A stretch of 64,000 nt of DNA from a virus (lineage: Duplodnaviria; Caudoviricetes), in IMG/VR virus record IMGVR_UViG_3300001528_000921, positions 3,049 through 67,048 of that record; one strand, given 5' to 3'. Below the pieces are notes generated by a model that saw nothing but the letters and a program-made list of their open reading frames with translations, had not been told where the DNA came from and made no database searches. Positions 28,491 to 38,063 of this stretch are shown here, piece by piece; position 1 is the first letter of the stretch, and each line of letters starts with the position of its first letter. The position numbers and the translations under genes were made by a program.

Positions 28491-28849
28491 AACAAGAATT
28501 TTACGACTTGGCGAAACGAATCGCCGATTGGCACGAAGTCACGTTCAAAGATGCGGATAAAGCGGGACAGCTTTTGAAGCTTGATGAAGAATTTGACGAA
28601 TGGCGGGCGGAAACAGCAGACCCCGAAAAGCAAATCACGGAATTGGCTGACTGCTTTATCGTGGCGTCCGCGCTCTGGTTTCGCTTTGAAGCGGCAATCG
28701 GAATGTTCACCTGCAAGGCGATTGTGAAGCATTGCGCCGATGCCGACGGCGAATTGTACGATGCAATCGTTGCAAAAATGGAAGTGAACAAGGAACGAGC
28801 CAGACAAGGTTTGTGGAAGAAACAAGCAAACGGGAGTTATCACCATTGA
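28463..28849 (+). CDS. MazG-like dNTP pyrophosphohydrolase (start probably ATG 28487)
   Basis: EEFDE...ELADCFI acidic motif. Confidence 0.7.
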   Translation: MLTQKGLEMKQEFYDLAKRIADWHEVTFKDADKAGQLLKLDEEFDEWRAETADPEKQITELADCFIVASALWFRFEAAIGMFTCKAIVKHCADADGELYDAIVAKMEVNKERARQGLWKKQANGSYHH

Positions 28850-29124
28850 CACGCGAAGAACTTTTAACCAAAGCTGCTGAAACAGTCTGCGGAAGCCGTG
28901 AACAAGCGCACGGAAACCCGAGCGGAACGTTTGAACGAATCGCCAAAGCTTGGTCAGCGTATCTGAATATCGAACTGACAGCTGCTGACGTCGCCGTGAT
29001 GATGATTTTATTCAAAACCGCGCGGCTCAAAGGCAACCCGAAACACGAGGATTCGTGGATCGACATCGCCGGATACGCCGCTTGTGGTGCTGAAATTTCG
29101 GTTGCGGATTCGCAAACGCCGTGA
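28846..29124 (+). CDS. DUF6378-like phage protein
   Basis: HGNP..TFERIA..WSAYL...DVAVMM...K.AR...H.DSWIDIAGYAAC. Confidence 0.75.
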   Translation: MTREELLTKAAETVCGSREQAHGNPSGTFERIAKAWSAYLNIELTAADVAVMMILFKTARLKGNPKHEDSWIDIAGYAACGAEISVADSQTP

Positions 29125-29156
29125 TATAATTACGCTGTTTTTATTCATAACGCTCG

Positions 29157-29193
29157 AAAGCGGGATTTGTTGGTAGCAAATCCCGCTTTTTTC
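29157..29193. terminator. Terminator between the convergent gene blocks
   Basis: AAAGCGGGATTTG-7 nt-CAAATCCCGCTTT followed by TTT. Confidence 0.85.
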
Positions 29194-30673
29194 ATAATCG
29201 AATCAAGAAATTGCAGTAGATAAATCCGACGTCTTGGGTTGCACCATTGACAGCTTTTGGACTCGAAAAGAACGCGTATGACACATTCCCTGTTTGACCA
29301 GCCCATCCGCCAACACCTCCACACCCGCGTTTCGAGTTGTAATCGATTCGCAGCTTGTATTCCGAATAGCCGCCGTCGTAGTCGCGCATGTCTTTCGCGC
29401 CGGGGGTTATCGAATCGTCAGCCGCGCGTCCGTACAACAATTCGTATACCGTTGAACTTTTAACGTATTCTCTTGATTCGAGTTTGGGTTTTCCACCCAC
29501 GCCGTTTGAACCCGCGTGATTTCCCTTTCTTGTCGAATTTGCTTCTCCTGCGCCGCCCCCACCGCCGAGAACGCATACTCTTCCGCCGTTGAATTTGAGA
29601 GTCGAATCGGCGCCAGGCTGACCAGCTTCGCTGGCTTTGTTTCCTTGATGACCGGGATCTCCGTGTCCGGGCGCGCCAATATCCATGCGATACGTTCCCG
29701 CTTTCGCGACGCCTTTGAAGCGCAAATACGCCCCGGAACCACCCGCGCCCCCGCGTCGATTTCGGTCGCCGCCAGCAGACGCGCTGGATCCACCCCCACC
29801 CGCAGCTTGCAATATGATTTCGCATTCGGAATCTTGCGGAAGCGTTACGGAGATGTAATTTACCAATCCTTGCTGATATTCGATTTCGGTTTTGAATCCC
29901 AAGAATAAAGAAAACGTTTCGTTCTTTCCGTTTTCGATAATCCAGTTATCAGCCAAGAAATTTGGAAGCGTTTTCGTTTGCCCGGATTGCCATTGACCTT
30001 CGGTACCTCCGAGTCCGAGAAACACGTTTTTGTATATCTCGCCACGGTATTTGGCGTTTGACACCGATGCGCCAATCGTGCCACCGTCCGCGGGAACCCA
30101 TTTCGTTTTGTCCCAAGTCGTGGCGAACGTGCGCTTGATGCAAAGCATTGACATCTCGCGAGGGATTTCCGTTTCCAAATCTTTCGCAAAAGCTCGTGCG
30201 GGAATTGTCGAATCGTCAATTCTCGAACCGTTAATTCCGTTCAAGAACCCGATGTCCCCAATCTTAAGGAACGTCGTTGCATCGTTTTTACCGTTGCATT
30301 TCCCGTAGGCGAAAAGCCACATCGGGGTAATCGTGTAAGTCAGCTGCGGAAACGCGTAAACGAGATTTGCCGCTGGTTCGATTGCTCTGAAATTGCTTAA
30401 ATTTTCATTGAGCGGCTGGAACCCAGCGTTCAGTTCTTTGATTGTGTACGGCGCGCCATGCTCGAAATTCCAGAGCGGCTGCCATTGATTGCCAACGTAA
30501 ACGTAAACTTGTTTCTCGCCGCTGTGGCAGAAAATCTGCCCCTCGACAGGGGACACGGGAAAGGTTCGCTGAGAGTCACATCTTGTTGCTGCGGTCAAGT
30601 CCCGTTCTTGCAGTTCGTTCAAACCTTGCGAGATTTCCGTGTTCAATGTAATTGTGGGAAAGTTCTGCGACAT
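29192..30673 (-). CDS. Tail fibre/adhesin with Gly-rich C-terminal domain
   Basis: MSQNF-type N-terminal anchor; AAGGGGS..GGAGGSGAY Gly-rich repeats. Confidence 0.7.
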   Translation of the reverse strand: MSQNFPTITLNTEISQGLNELQERDLTAATRCDSQRTFPVSPVEGQIFCHSGEKQVYVYVGNQWQPLWNFEHGAPYTIKELNAGFQPLNENLSNFRAIEPAANLVYAFPQLTYTITPMWLFAYGKCNGKNDATTFLKIGDIGFLNGINGSRIDDSTIPARAFAKDLETEIPREMSMLCIKRTFATTWDKTKWVPADGGTIGASVSNAKYRGEIYKNVFLGLGGTEGQWQSGQTKTLPNFLADNWIIENGKNETFSLFLGFKTEIEYQQGLVNYISVTLPQDSECEIILQAAGGGGSSASAGGDRNRRGGAGGSGAYLRFKGVAKAGTYRMDIGAPGHGDPGHQGNKASEAGQPGADSTLKFNGGRVCVLGGGGGAGEANSTRKGNHAGSNGVGGKPKLESREYVKSSTVYELLYGRAADDSITPGAKDMRDYDGGYSEYKLRIDYNSKRGCGGVGGWAGQTGNVSYAFFSSPKAVNGATQDVGFIYCNFLIRL

Positions 30674-30683
30674 GCCGCACCTA

Positions 30684-31610
30684 TCACAAACGAATGTAGC
30701 ACTTGACCGAAATCAGATTGATATTCTTTGACGCCGCGCCCACCGTGGACATTGGAAGGGATGAGCATTTTCCGACATCGCCTTGATTTGAGGTTCCAAT
30801 CATAATGCGTCCGCGCGGGTCTGGCAAGGCAAGTTGCCTCGAGTTCGACCAATCTTGCGCCGCGGACGCGCGACTTGTTTCGATACCGTCCGGTCCGTAG
30901 ATTTTAAGATTTGCGTTCGACCAGAGAGTTTTGAACAAATTTTCACACGAATTGTCCGCCGCAGCTGTGGCGTTTGACGTTTTGTTTCCGATCGTGCCGC
31001 CATTCATCAGAACCCAGCCGTCGGACAGTTTTTTCGTTCCCATCGTTTCCATGACGTCGCCCGTGTCGTAGCCTGCTGAACTGACGTTGAAGTTCAGCTT
31101 TTCAATCCCGATGGATTTGTCTGCGATTTGAGAACCGTCAATGGTGTCCTGTGTGGCGAGCGCACCGAGTCCGAGCGTATTTCTCGCTGCGGCGGTATCC
31201 GCACTCTGCAAGAATTGAATTGCCCATTGCTTCATCGTAATCACGGACATCTGCGAATCCGAAACAAAGTAGGGAATCGCGCCGTTCTGGGGAGTGACAC
31301 CGGAAAGAAGCGTCAACACTTCGTCAAGCGGTTGGAACGCAGCGCCGATTTCAGGTTTCGTTGGAACATAACTTCCATAGTTGAAAAGGTCTTCCCAGAC
31401 GACGTTCGGAGTCAACGAAGCCAGACGTTTGATGACTTTGAGGTCGGTCCTATCCAACCAGATGCCAACCATGTCTTCGTTCAGCATTGACGCGTCGGGA
31501 TCACGGGTGCCGCTGAACATGGTCAGAGCGGCGACATCTCGGTTCAACAGTTTTTGAAGCGAGTTTGAGATTTTCTCGGCGGGAGATATGTGAACAAAAT
31601 CTTGACTCAT
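30684..31610 (-). CDS. Short tail fibre with tail-collar-like domain
   Basis: MSQDF anchor; TGDV..T...GWVLMNG..IG...LPDPRGR collar motif. Confidence 0.75.
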   Translation of the reverse strand: MSQDFVHISPAEKISNSLQKLLNRDVAALTMFSGTRDPDASMLNEDMVGIWLDRTDLKVIKRLASLTPNVVWEDLFNYGSYVPTKPEIGAAFQPLDEVLTLLSGVTPQNGAIPYFVSDSQMSVITMKQWAIQFLQSADTAAARNTLGLGALATQDTIDGSQIADKSIGIEKLNFNVSSAGYDTGDVMETMGTKKLSDGWVLMNGGTIGNKTSNATAAADNSCENLFKTLWSNANLKIYGPDGIETSRASAAQDWSNSRQLALPDPRGRIMIGTSNQGDVGKCSSLPMSTVGAASKNINLISVKCYIRL

Positions 31611-31611
31611 T

Positions 31612-31809
31612 TCAACGACACTCCTGCTGCCAGAGGTTGTAGTAGATATTCATGTGGCGAATCGAGTTTTCGGTGTCGGCGCGGCTCGGAAGCATCGGCT
31701 TGTACACGACGCAGAAATCAGTCGCGATATTTGAGCGGCAGCTCGCCAGAATCCACGTCGCCGCGAATATCGTCAAGAGCGTTAAGCATTTTTTGCATTT
31801 GTTCCGCAT
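31612..31809 (-). CDS. o-spanin lipoprotein
   Basis: Signal peptide with lipobox ILASC; overlaps the i-spanin. Confidence 0.75.
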   Translation of the reverse strand: MRNKCKKCLTLLTIFAATWILASCRSNIATDFCVVYKPMLPSRADTENSIRHMNIYYNLWQQECR

Positions 31810-31921
31810 ATTCGGCACCTTTTTTATGGGATTCGTAATTGATTCCGACAATAAACGCCGCGGCGATAACTCCGAAGAACATCGCCACCGCGCCTATGAT
31901 AGCGTATAGCTCACTTGCCAT
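31718..31921 (-). CDS. i-spanin
   Basis: N-terminal TM helix followed by a helical periplasmic part. Confidence 0.65.
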   Translation of the reverse strand: MASELYAIIGAVAMFFGVIAAAFIVGINYESHKKGAEYAEQMQKMLNALDDIRGDVDSGELPLKYRD

Positions 31922-32081
31922 TTGCTTCGCAACCGGAAACACCGGGAACCATGCACGCCAAACGGTCTGCTCCCGTGGACGACATTTCGTAACCCAAAGC
32001 GCCACACAAAGCGACAATGATCGCAGCCAACACGGTTTTCGACCAAACGGCTTTCGCCAGATTTTTCAACGCATTTTTCAT
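31911..32081 (-). CDS. Small membrane protein of the lysis cassette (holin/antiholin-like; not in ORF track)
   Basis: MKNALKNLAKAVWSKTVLAAIIVALCGALGY...GK*, 56 aa, one TM segment. Confidence 0.55.
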   Translation of the reverse strand: MKNALKNLAKAVWSKTVLAAIIVALCGALGYEMSSTGADRLACMVPGVSGCEANGK

Positions 32082-32082
32082 G

Positions 32083-32496
32083 TTAGACACCCTCGCGCAT
32101 CTTTCTCGCCAGATATTCGCACCGAACGGGTGTCTGGCGATGCCACACCGAGTTCAGCATTTCGCGGCTCGCAGTTTCGTAATCAAAATCACGAATCGCG
32201 CGCCACATCTTTTTGAACGCCATCAGACCTTTGAATCCGAGCTGATAGCACATTTCGCATAAAATCATTTTTCTGAACTCGTCGAGGGAAATCTGCTCGT
32301 TTTCGAGATACCCTTCAACCAATTCAACACCTTCCCGAAGCTGATGTCGAAGCAGCCATTCCGCTTCGTATTCGGAAACAGCGGTTGTTCCGTACCCGAT
32401 TGTGGGTACACCTTCGGAACACAAATAGGGTTTCGCGCGGAAACCCTCGGCGAACTTGATTCGTTCGCATAAATCGTTGAAACCTTTTTCTAACAT
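32083..32496 (-). CDS. Endolysin, T4-lysozyme-like (GH24)
   Basis: EG.R.KPYLC..G..TIGYG; EMCYQLG..G; S.W.RQTP.R. Confidence 0.9.
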   Translation of the reverse strand: MLEKGFNDLCERIKFAEGFRAKPYLCSEGVPTIGYGTTAVSEYEAEWLLRHQLREGVELVEGYLENEQISLDEFRKMILCEMCYQLGFKGLMAFKKMWRAIRDFDYETASREMLNSVWHRQTPVRCEYLARKMREGV

Positions 32497-32732
32497 TGAC
32501 GCTTAACCTTCCGTTTGTGTCTGCGAGCCGCGAGAATCGGACGAATCACTTGTTTTTGAAGCGTGTAAATTGCGACAATCAGATAAATTATGGTGATGAA
32601 AAATTTAAACCAATGGTCAAAATAATCAATCCAAAGAGGAAATGTGATTCCGCTGCTCGTTAAAGCAGTTGCGCTCACTTTCTCGCTTAACGGCACTGTA
32701 GCGGTGGGGGACATGTTGTTTGATTCCTGCAT
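32490..32732 (-). CDS. Putative holin
   Basis: TM segment(s) and a strongly basic C-terminus, directly upstream of the endolysin. Confidence 0.55.
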   Translation of the reverse strand: MQESNNMSPTATVPLSEKVSATALTSSGITFPLWIDYFDHWFKFFITIIYLIVAIYTLQKQVIRPILAARRHKRKVKRQC

Positions 32733-32938
32733 TTGTGGTCACGCTCCTACTCTTTGCAATGTAGCATATTTGGGTTGACGTGTCAACCAACCATACCGCA
32801 AGTTGTCCAAATATCCGCCAATTCAGCGAATGAAATATAAATCATATATGGTTTTCGGTTGACGAAGATAACATTCATGGGCGGAACCTTTCGTATGATT
32901 GAAGCTCCGTCCATTTTACAGTAATGCAGGGATTCGTG

Positions 32939-33391
32939 TCAATAGCGCATCGCTCGAAAATACCGAGCCGCTTTGTCTTCGGGAGCGTCTTTGTCGTCGA
33001 TGAAATCCATCGCCAGTTCGACGTAATCCTCGACGGTTCGGCTTTGTTTGGCGTAGTCGCTGTACATCATGTTCAGCACGAAATAAAATTCGGGAATTTC
33101 GTCGGGTTCGATGTTGTGCTTCCGCGCGACGTCCTCGACGTCTTCGTATTTCCAATGCGCGCCCGTTGTTCCATCTTTGTTCTTGAATCCCGCGGCGGCT
33201 TTTTCAGCGAGCTTCCGCGAACCGAACGGACAAACAAACAGTTCGAGGTCACAGAGAAACTTCTCGGTTTGTGCGGGAGCGACCGATTTCATTTCGTCAA
33301 TGAAGCAGGAGGTCATTTTCGTCAGATGCGACATGTTGCAGTCCGCATCGGAATCGGCGTACATTTCGGCTATTTTTCTGTAGTCGGACAT
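32939..33391 (-). CDS. Acidic helical protein of a conserved phage cassette
   Basis: GAHW...FYFVLNMMYSDY...A..F..DKDA...K...YF pattern recalled from gut phages. Confidence 0.7.
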   Translation of the reverse strand: MSDYRKIAEMYADSDADCNMSHLTKMTSCFIDEMKSVAPAQTEKFLCDLELFVCPFGSRKLAEKAAAGFKNKDGTTGAHWKYEDVEDVARKHNIEPDEIPEFYFVLNMMYSDYAKQSRTVEDYVELAMDFIDDKDAPEDKAARYFRAMRY

Positions 33392-33535
33392 TTTTCATCT
33401 TCCTTTTTGTCTTTGAACAATTCGGCAATCGGCGTCTTTTTGATTTGTTTGTCAACAAAAAGGGACGCTTCGCAAAGCGATTTGGCTATGAATTTGCGTC
33501 CCGATTTGCTGCCAACCATGACACCTGCAAGAAAA

Positions 33536-33916
33536 TCAAGCAGTTTCAACGGATTTCTCCTTCTTCGAACTCGCTGTCGTTGTCGTTGTTCCGTTCGGGA
33601 AAGCTACATCGTAGCAGCTTCGACGAAGTGGGCAAATCATCGACACATGGAGCGGGTCCGTTCCGTAGACCATTTCGTAAACCCGACGGCAGCGAATTTG
33701 GTCGGCTCGAAGGTAATTGCCTGTTCGAACAAACATATTCATTGTTTGAGTCGGGGTCGCCAGAATCACTTGACTGACCGCTGCAGCCGTCGGAATGTTT
33801 TGGCACAGAATCAAGCGAAACCGCTGATGATTCGTCAACGTGACGGCAGGAATCGTAATTACGAGCTGGCTGCCGGACATGGCGATAGATGTGGATTTGA
33901 TTGTAAGTTCACACAT
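33536..33916 (-). CDS. Cys-containing beta protein of the conserved cassette
   Basis: AGGAG RBS; LVITIP...LILCQ.IP pattern. Confidence 0.7.
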   Translation of the reverse strand: MCELTIKSTSIAMSGSQLVITIPAVTLTNHQRFRLILCQNIPTAAAVSQVILATPTQTMNMFVRTGNYLRADQIRCRRVYEMVYGTDPLHVSMICPLRRSCYDVAFPNGTTTTTASSKKEKSVETA

Positions 33917-33982
33917 TCGAGTTCTCCTTTTGAGGTCAGGATGCGCCGACGCTCGATTTCACGGTCGGCGCATCCGAATCGG

Positions 33983-34549
33983 TTAGACCAGCACGTTGCC
34001 GTTGCAGGTGCCGCAACCGTTGTTCAGCGAATTGATGCCCAATCCGTTGATGACGGCGGCGTTCGGGCAGCAAGCGCCCACACCCGTAATTTCGGGACGA
34101 CGCAGCATGTTGCACTGAATCGAAGCCAACGTGGCGTTGACGGGAGCCAACTGGTCTTTGACGAACAACTGGTTCTGCAACATCATGTTTTCGCGCTGGG
34201 ATTCAGCCAGCTTATCGCGCAAGTCCTGGTAACCGTAGTAGTCGATTTTGGTCTGCGTCGCCTGAGCGGTGGCGTTGACCAATTCACGGGTCGCAGCGGC
34301 TTGCTGTTCCGTCAGATACTGCGTCCGAGCGGTGTTGACGATTTCAGATTTTTCAGCGTCGCAAGTGGCGCGGAAGTTCTGAAAACCGTAGCCGATCGGT
34401 CCGTTGTCATATCCGAACGGAGTTCCGTTGCCGCAACCGTTTCCGAACCAACCGTTGCCACAACCGCCGCGAGCGAATACCGCGATCAAAATGAGGAAGA
34501 AAATCGCCAAAAAGCCGATTCCGCCCCAACTGTAGTTTTCCTTATCCAT
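33983..34549 (-). CDS. Gly/Asn/Cys-rich membrane protein of the conserved cassette
   Basis: Single TM, GGCGNG repeats, coiled coil, C-terminal NGCGTCNG. Confidence 0.75.
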   Translation of the reverse strand: MDKENYSWGGIGFLAIFFLILIAVFARGGCGNGWFGNGCGNGTPFGYDNGPIGYGFQNFRATCDAEKSEIVNTARTQYLTEQQAAATRELVNATAQATQTKIDYYGYQDLRDKLAESQRENMMLQNQLFVKDQLAPVNATLASIQCNMLRRPEITGVGACCPNAAVINGLGINSLNNGCGTCNGNVLV

Positions 34550-34571
34550 GTCAGGATCCTCTTGTTTAGCC

Positions 34572-34946
34572 CTATGATTTCAGACGAGCAAGCGTCGCTT
34601 GTAGTTCGTCCAGTTCGCTTGCGGGGGCTTGTTCCGCAAATGAAATTTGTTTTGGAGCACTCGCGCTCGAATTGAGCATCTGCTCGGCTTTGTTCAAACC
34701 TGACAGCACGGTTTGTTTGTCGCCACCAAGACATCTGATTATTGTTTCCCCGAATGGATTTCCGAGCAGGTTTCTCGCAGTTTTGATGTTTTCGAGCGTG
34801 ATTCCCGCTTTCTGCATCACTTCTTCTGGGTTGCAGGTGAACGATGTGAGCTGGTTTGCGAAATCAAACGCTTGGCTCAGTCTTTGAGTTCTTTCCGGTC
34901 CGAGAAACCGTCCCGCCAAATTCATTACCGTTTCCTTGCTTATCAT
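34572..34946 (-). CDS. Hypothetical protein (cassette)
   Basis: Overlapping operon ORF with GGAG RBS. Confidence 0.65.
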   Translation of the reverse strand: MISKETVMNLAGRFLGPERTQRLSQAFDFANQLTSFTCNPEEVMQKAGITLENIKTARNLLGNPFGETIIRCLGGDKQTVLSGLNKAEQMLNSSASAPKQISFAEQAPASELDELQATLARLKS

Positions 34947-35229
34947 TTCGGCTCTCCTTTTTCAGGGAATTGATTTCGGCGTTCAGATTGGCGATGGATT
35001 GCGTCATTTGCTTCATCGCTTCTTGAAGCTCTCGATTGATTTCTTCGGGCGTTTTCGGTTTTTGCAAAATCCCCTTGTCGTAAAGGATTTTCTCAAATTC
35101 CTTTGCCGTGTTCACGGCTTTGTTGTATTCTTCGGCGGTGTAGCCGATAAGCGTTCCGCAAGAATTAAAAATCTTGTTTTGCTGCACGAATCCGACGAAG
35201 CTCGTGTTGAATTGCTGAAAATTTTCCAT
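34864..35229 (-). CDS. Hypothetical coiled-coil protein (cassette)
   Basis: AAGG RBS; first gene of the cassette. Confidence 0.65.
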   Translation of the reverse strand: MENFQQFNTSFVGFVQQNKIFNSCGTLIGYTAEEYNKAVNTAKEFEKILYDKGILQKPKTPEEINRELQEAMKQMTQSIANLNAEINSLKKESRNDKQGNGNEFGGTVSRTGKNSKTEPSV

Positions 35230-35426
35230 GAGATTTTACCTTTCAGTCGGCGGAGGGGAGATGCCTCGCTCTCTCAATCTGCACAGGATCAGTTGTAAAA
35301 TAAGTCTGTCGAAATGATGCATCGCTTCATCCCCCTTTCCGTCTACAAGAATAGGATTGCATGAACGAAACCGATTCCGCAAGCTTGCGGAATCGGCGTA
35401 AAATAGATACGAAAAGAGGTTTTAAA

Positions 35427-35804
35427 TCAAGCGGTTGCTTGGGAAGTAGACCACTCGTCGAACGTCATTGGATTGCGCTCGAACCAATCTTCGGACGAAT
35501 CGGGGTAGTCGCGGAGATAAGCACGGTATTGCTTGTACTTGGATTTTTGAGCGGTTGTGATTGGATAGTCCGAGAGCAGGAACTTATCTGTTTTATCTAA
35601 GAGCTGGTTTCTCACTTCACGAACCTGAGCTTTGTATTGTTCAATTGCAGGATCAGAAGTTGTCAAAACAAACTCTCCATCGCAATGAACATAATCAGAT
35701 ACTTGACGTTCTGTATCTACTTCGACCGAATCGTAAACCAAGCAGGGAAAATCATCAGTTTCATTGATAGCAATAATCTTACCGTCTTTAATCGCTTTAA
35801 ACAT
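35427..35804 (-). CDS. Tail fibre assembly chaperone
   Basis: VREVRNQLL..TD...L.DYP...Y..YR.YLRD.P motif; directly downstream of the fibre gene. Confidence 0.85.
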   Translation of the reverse strand: MFKAIKDGKIIAINETDDFPCLVYDSVEVDTERQVSDYVHCDGEFVLTTSDPAIEQYKAQVREVRNQLLDKTDKFLLSDYPITTAQKSKYKQYRAYLRDYPDSSEDWFERNPMTFDEWSTSQATA

Positions 35805-35820
35805 TTCAGAAGCTCCTTCT

Positions 35821-37941
35821 TTAAAGTTCGCCGTCCGCATACACGAACTGAAGCAAAAAATCGTTCGAGTTAGGGCTTCCATCGTAATACAGAACGACCT
35901 TGGTACCTTTTCTCGCTGGACAGCGAAATAGTGTGTATCCCGAGAGTGTCACAGTTCCACCTGATCCAATCTTATTCTCATTATCTCTTAAAGACACGTT
36001 TCCAGTATAACCTGAACCATTTTTAATCCACAAGACGAAGTAACCATTTGCCGGCGCGGCGTAGAGTGTGCCAGTTGCTCCCAAAATCAGTGTAATAAAT
36101 TTTTTTGAAGGCATTCCCATTTGTGCCAACTCGTGCCTGGAGTATGTGTTGATGGAGTTGCGTCTATATAGGGTCAGCCTGGGAAAGTTAGCAGTACAGA
36201 AGTTTCCGAAGTTGTACCCATAAACCTCGTATACTGGGGCGAGAGAATTGGACCAGTCTTGACAATAGTACGTCTTTCTGTTTACTGTGTCATACCAAAC
36301 GCCGGAACCAGATGTCGGAGGAGTTTCGCTTGATACTAAACTATCATTATCTGTAATTGTCTGACCCGCTGTATACGACCACAACTCGACAGGTACACCA
36401 GCTTGTACCGGTTTGGCGAAAATTTTGTTAGTATAACTGCTTTTGGTAGTATAGGTTTCGTTAAAGTTATTCGGATCTGATCCTATGGCTGTATAACTCT
36501 TAAACGTCGGAAGAGCGAAAACAACGTTAGATAAGTATCCGTAACAATCGAATCTCTCCACAAGCGAATAACTGTTACCTGCAGGAGTCGTTCTTGCCTT
36601 TAAAACACAAAGTGGCAAACCAACTTCATCAACGTTTCCCTCCGATATGCATAATTTTATTATGCCTGTATTTCGATAGTATGCCGCGTGCCCAGGCTCT
36701 GGAAGCGTATCATCGTATACAAAATCAAGATATTCTACATCGCAAAGAAAGAAGTTGCCTGACTTGCCAGTTGTGCGGTTTATTAAGGGGAAGACATAGA
36801 AGTATTCGCTAATAGAATCTACAGGTGCTGTTGGTGCCTTGATGGAAAAGCTGAACGGGAAACTCACTGCATTAGAAGATGTGAATCCATTTGAATCAAC
36901 TGTATATGTGTCTGGGTCAAACGCGTATGCTTTTGCGCCATCTAAAAGATTAATAAGGTTGCTACCATAAGCCTGTGATGGATACATATATTCCAAAAGT
37001 TTTGTGGCTTCACCCTCCCACTGTTCAGCTCTCTTGGATACAAGAGGATTGTAATAATTTTTAAGATAGTCGATATTTGTAATGGCATTGCTAGGTGCAT
37101 CATTATTGGGAGTCGGCGCGATTCCATAAGCTCCGCTCGTCCCGGATTGCGGAACAACCACACCAACTGAAGCTTGATAAGAATCTTTGTTTTTAGCCAT
37201 CACCGAAGCGTGGATTCCGGCACCCGACACTGCGCTTTCGACGTGCCCCATATCTCGACCGTTTTTGTCTTGGAATCCGACCGCGTTGTTAGCCACATAG
37301 CTTTCCGCAGCTGTCGTAATGTCGATTTCGGTCGATTTTCTCTGAGCTTCGGCAGTAAAAACTTTTGCCGCCGACACGGTTTGAACCGTGTCGAGCGTCA
37401 CCAAACCGCTTCGCACCTGCTTTACGGTCGGAGCTTTGTTCGTAGCGGTTCCCGCCGTAAATTCGGCATTCGTGGCAAATACGGCGGTATCAAACGTTCC
37501 GACGTCCGTGTCGAACCAGCGCAGCGTCACCGCTGCGTTCGCAGGAATCGCGGGATTGAAGTTCACGACCGTACCATCATCATTCATCGAATATGTCGAC
37601 GGGTCTTGCGCGATTTTATCGACAAACACAAACATCATGTTTTTGTCGATGCACCGCGCGCCTTCCAACGTAATCGACACTCGTTCGGATGTCGCAGCGG
37701 CGAGTTCCATGCTTTTGAGTGCGGCGGAACCACCGCCGCCTTTCTGTGACCAACGATAACCGTCCCAGTAATACAACTTGTCTTCATCAACCCGATAGCA
37801 CGGCTGCCCCACTTTCGGATTCGCAGGGAACTCGTTGCCCGACCACGACGTGCGCAGAGCTTCGCAGTTGTTCTGCAAATCTTCGTAAATCGCGTCGCGA
37901 ACGTTGTCTTTTCTGAGTTGTTCGGTATAATTCTGGGACAT
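35821..37941 (-). CDS. Long tail fibre / receptor-binding protein
   Basis: MSQNY anchor; ends in a gp53-like C-terminal module (APANGY...PARKG..V); followed by its chaperone. Confidence 0.8.
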   Translation of the reverse strand: MSQNYTEQLRKDNVRDAIYEDLQNNCEALRTSWSGNEFPANPKVGQPCYRVDEDKLYYWDGYRWSQKGGGGSAALKSMELAAATSERVSITLEGARCIDKNMMFVFVDKIAQDPSTYSMNDDGTVVNFNPAIPANAAVTLRWFDTDVGTFDTAVFATNAEFTAGTATNKAPTVKQVRSGLVTLDTVQTVSAAKVFTAEAQRKSTEIDITTAAESYVANNAVGFQDKNGRDMGHVESAVSGAGIHASVMAKNKDSYQASVGVVVPQSGTSGAYGIAPTPNNDAPSNAITNIDYLKNYYNPLVSKRAEQWEGEATKLLEYMYPSQAYGSNLINLLDGAKAYAFDPDTYTVDSNGFTSSNAVSFPFSFSIKAPTAPVDSISEYFYVFPLINRTTGKSGNFFLCDVEYLDFVYDDTLPEPGHAAYYRNTGIIKLCISEGNVDEVGLPLCVLKARTTPAGNSYSLVERFDCYGYLSNVVFALPTFKSYTAIGSDPNNFNETYTTKSSYTNKIFAKPVQAGVPVELWSYTAGQTITDNDSLVSSETPPTSGSGVWYDTVNRKTYYCQDWSNSLAPVYEVYGYNFGNFCTANFPRLTLYRRNSINTYSRHELAQMGMPSKKFITLILGATGTLYAAPANGYFVLWIKNGSGYTGNVSLRDNENKIGSGGTVTLSGYTLFRCPARKGTKVVLYYDGSPNSNDFLLQFVYADGEL

Positions 37942-37974
37942 GTCGCCATACCTTTCGTTAAATGATTTGCGTGA

Positions 37975-38035
37975 ATTTTACGATAATTTGGCGTGGAAGT
38001 CAACGCTTGACTTTGGTCGTGCGCAGTTCTATCAT
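37975..38035. promoter_or_regulatory. Back-to-back divergent sigma70-like promoters
   Basis: Minus strand: TTGACT (38003-37998)-17-TAAAAT; plus strand: TTGACT (38007-38012)-17-TATCAT. Confidence 0.75.
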
Positions 38036-38063
38036 AAAACTCACAAACTGAAAGGGGTTCAAA

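Noticed and set aside
21744-28849. Z-genome (2-aminoadenine) pathway from the HD and MazG-like genes
   Set aside because: No PurZ homologue in the window; these families are common in ordinary phages
32924-34675. 583-aa + strand ORF
   Set aside because: Antisense shadow of the - strand cassette; no RBS and no protein-like motifs
29192-37941. Additional DGR variable repeats in the other tail fibres
   Set aside because: No TR-like sequence seen on either strand by eye
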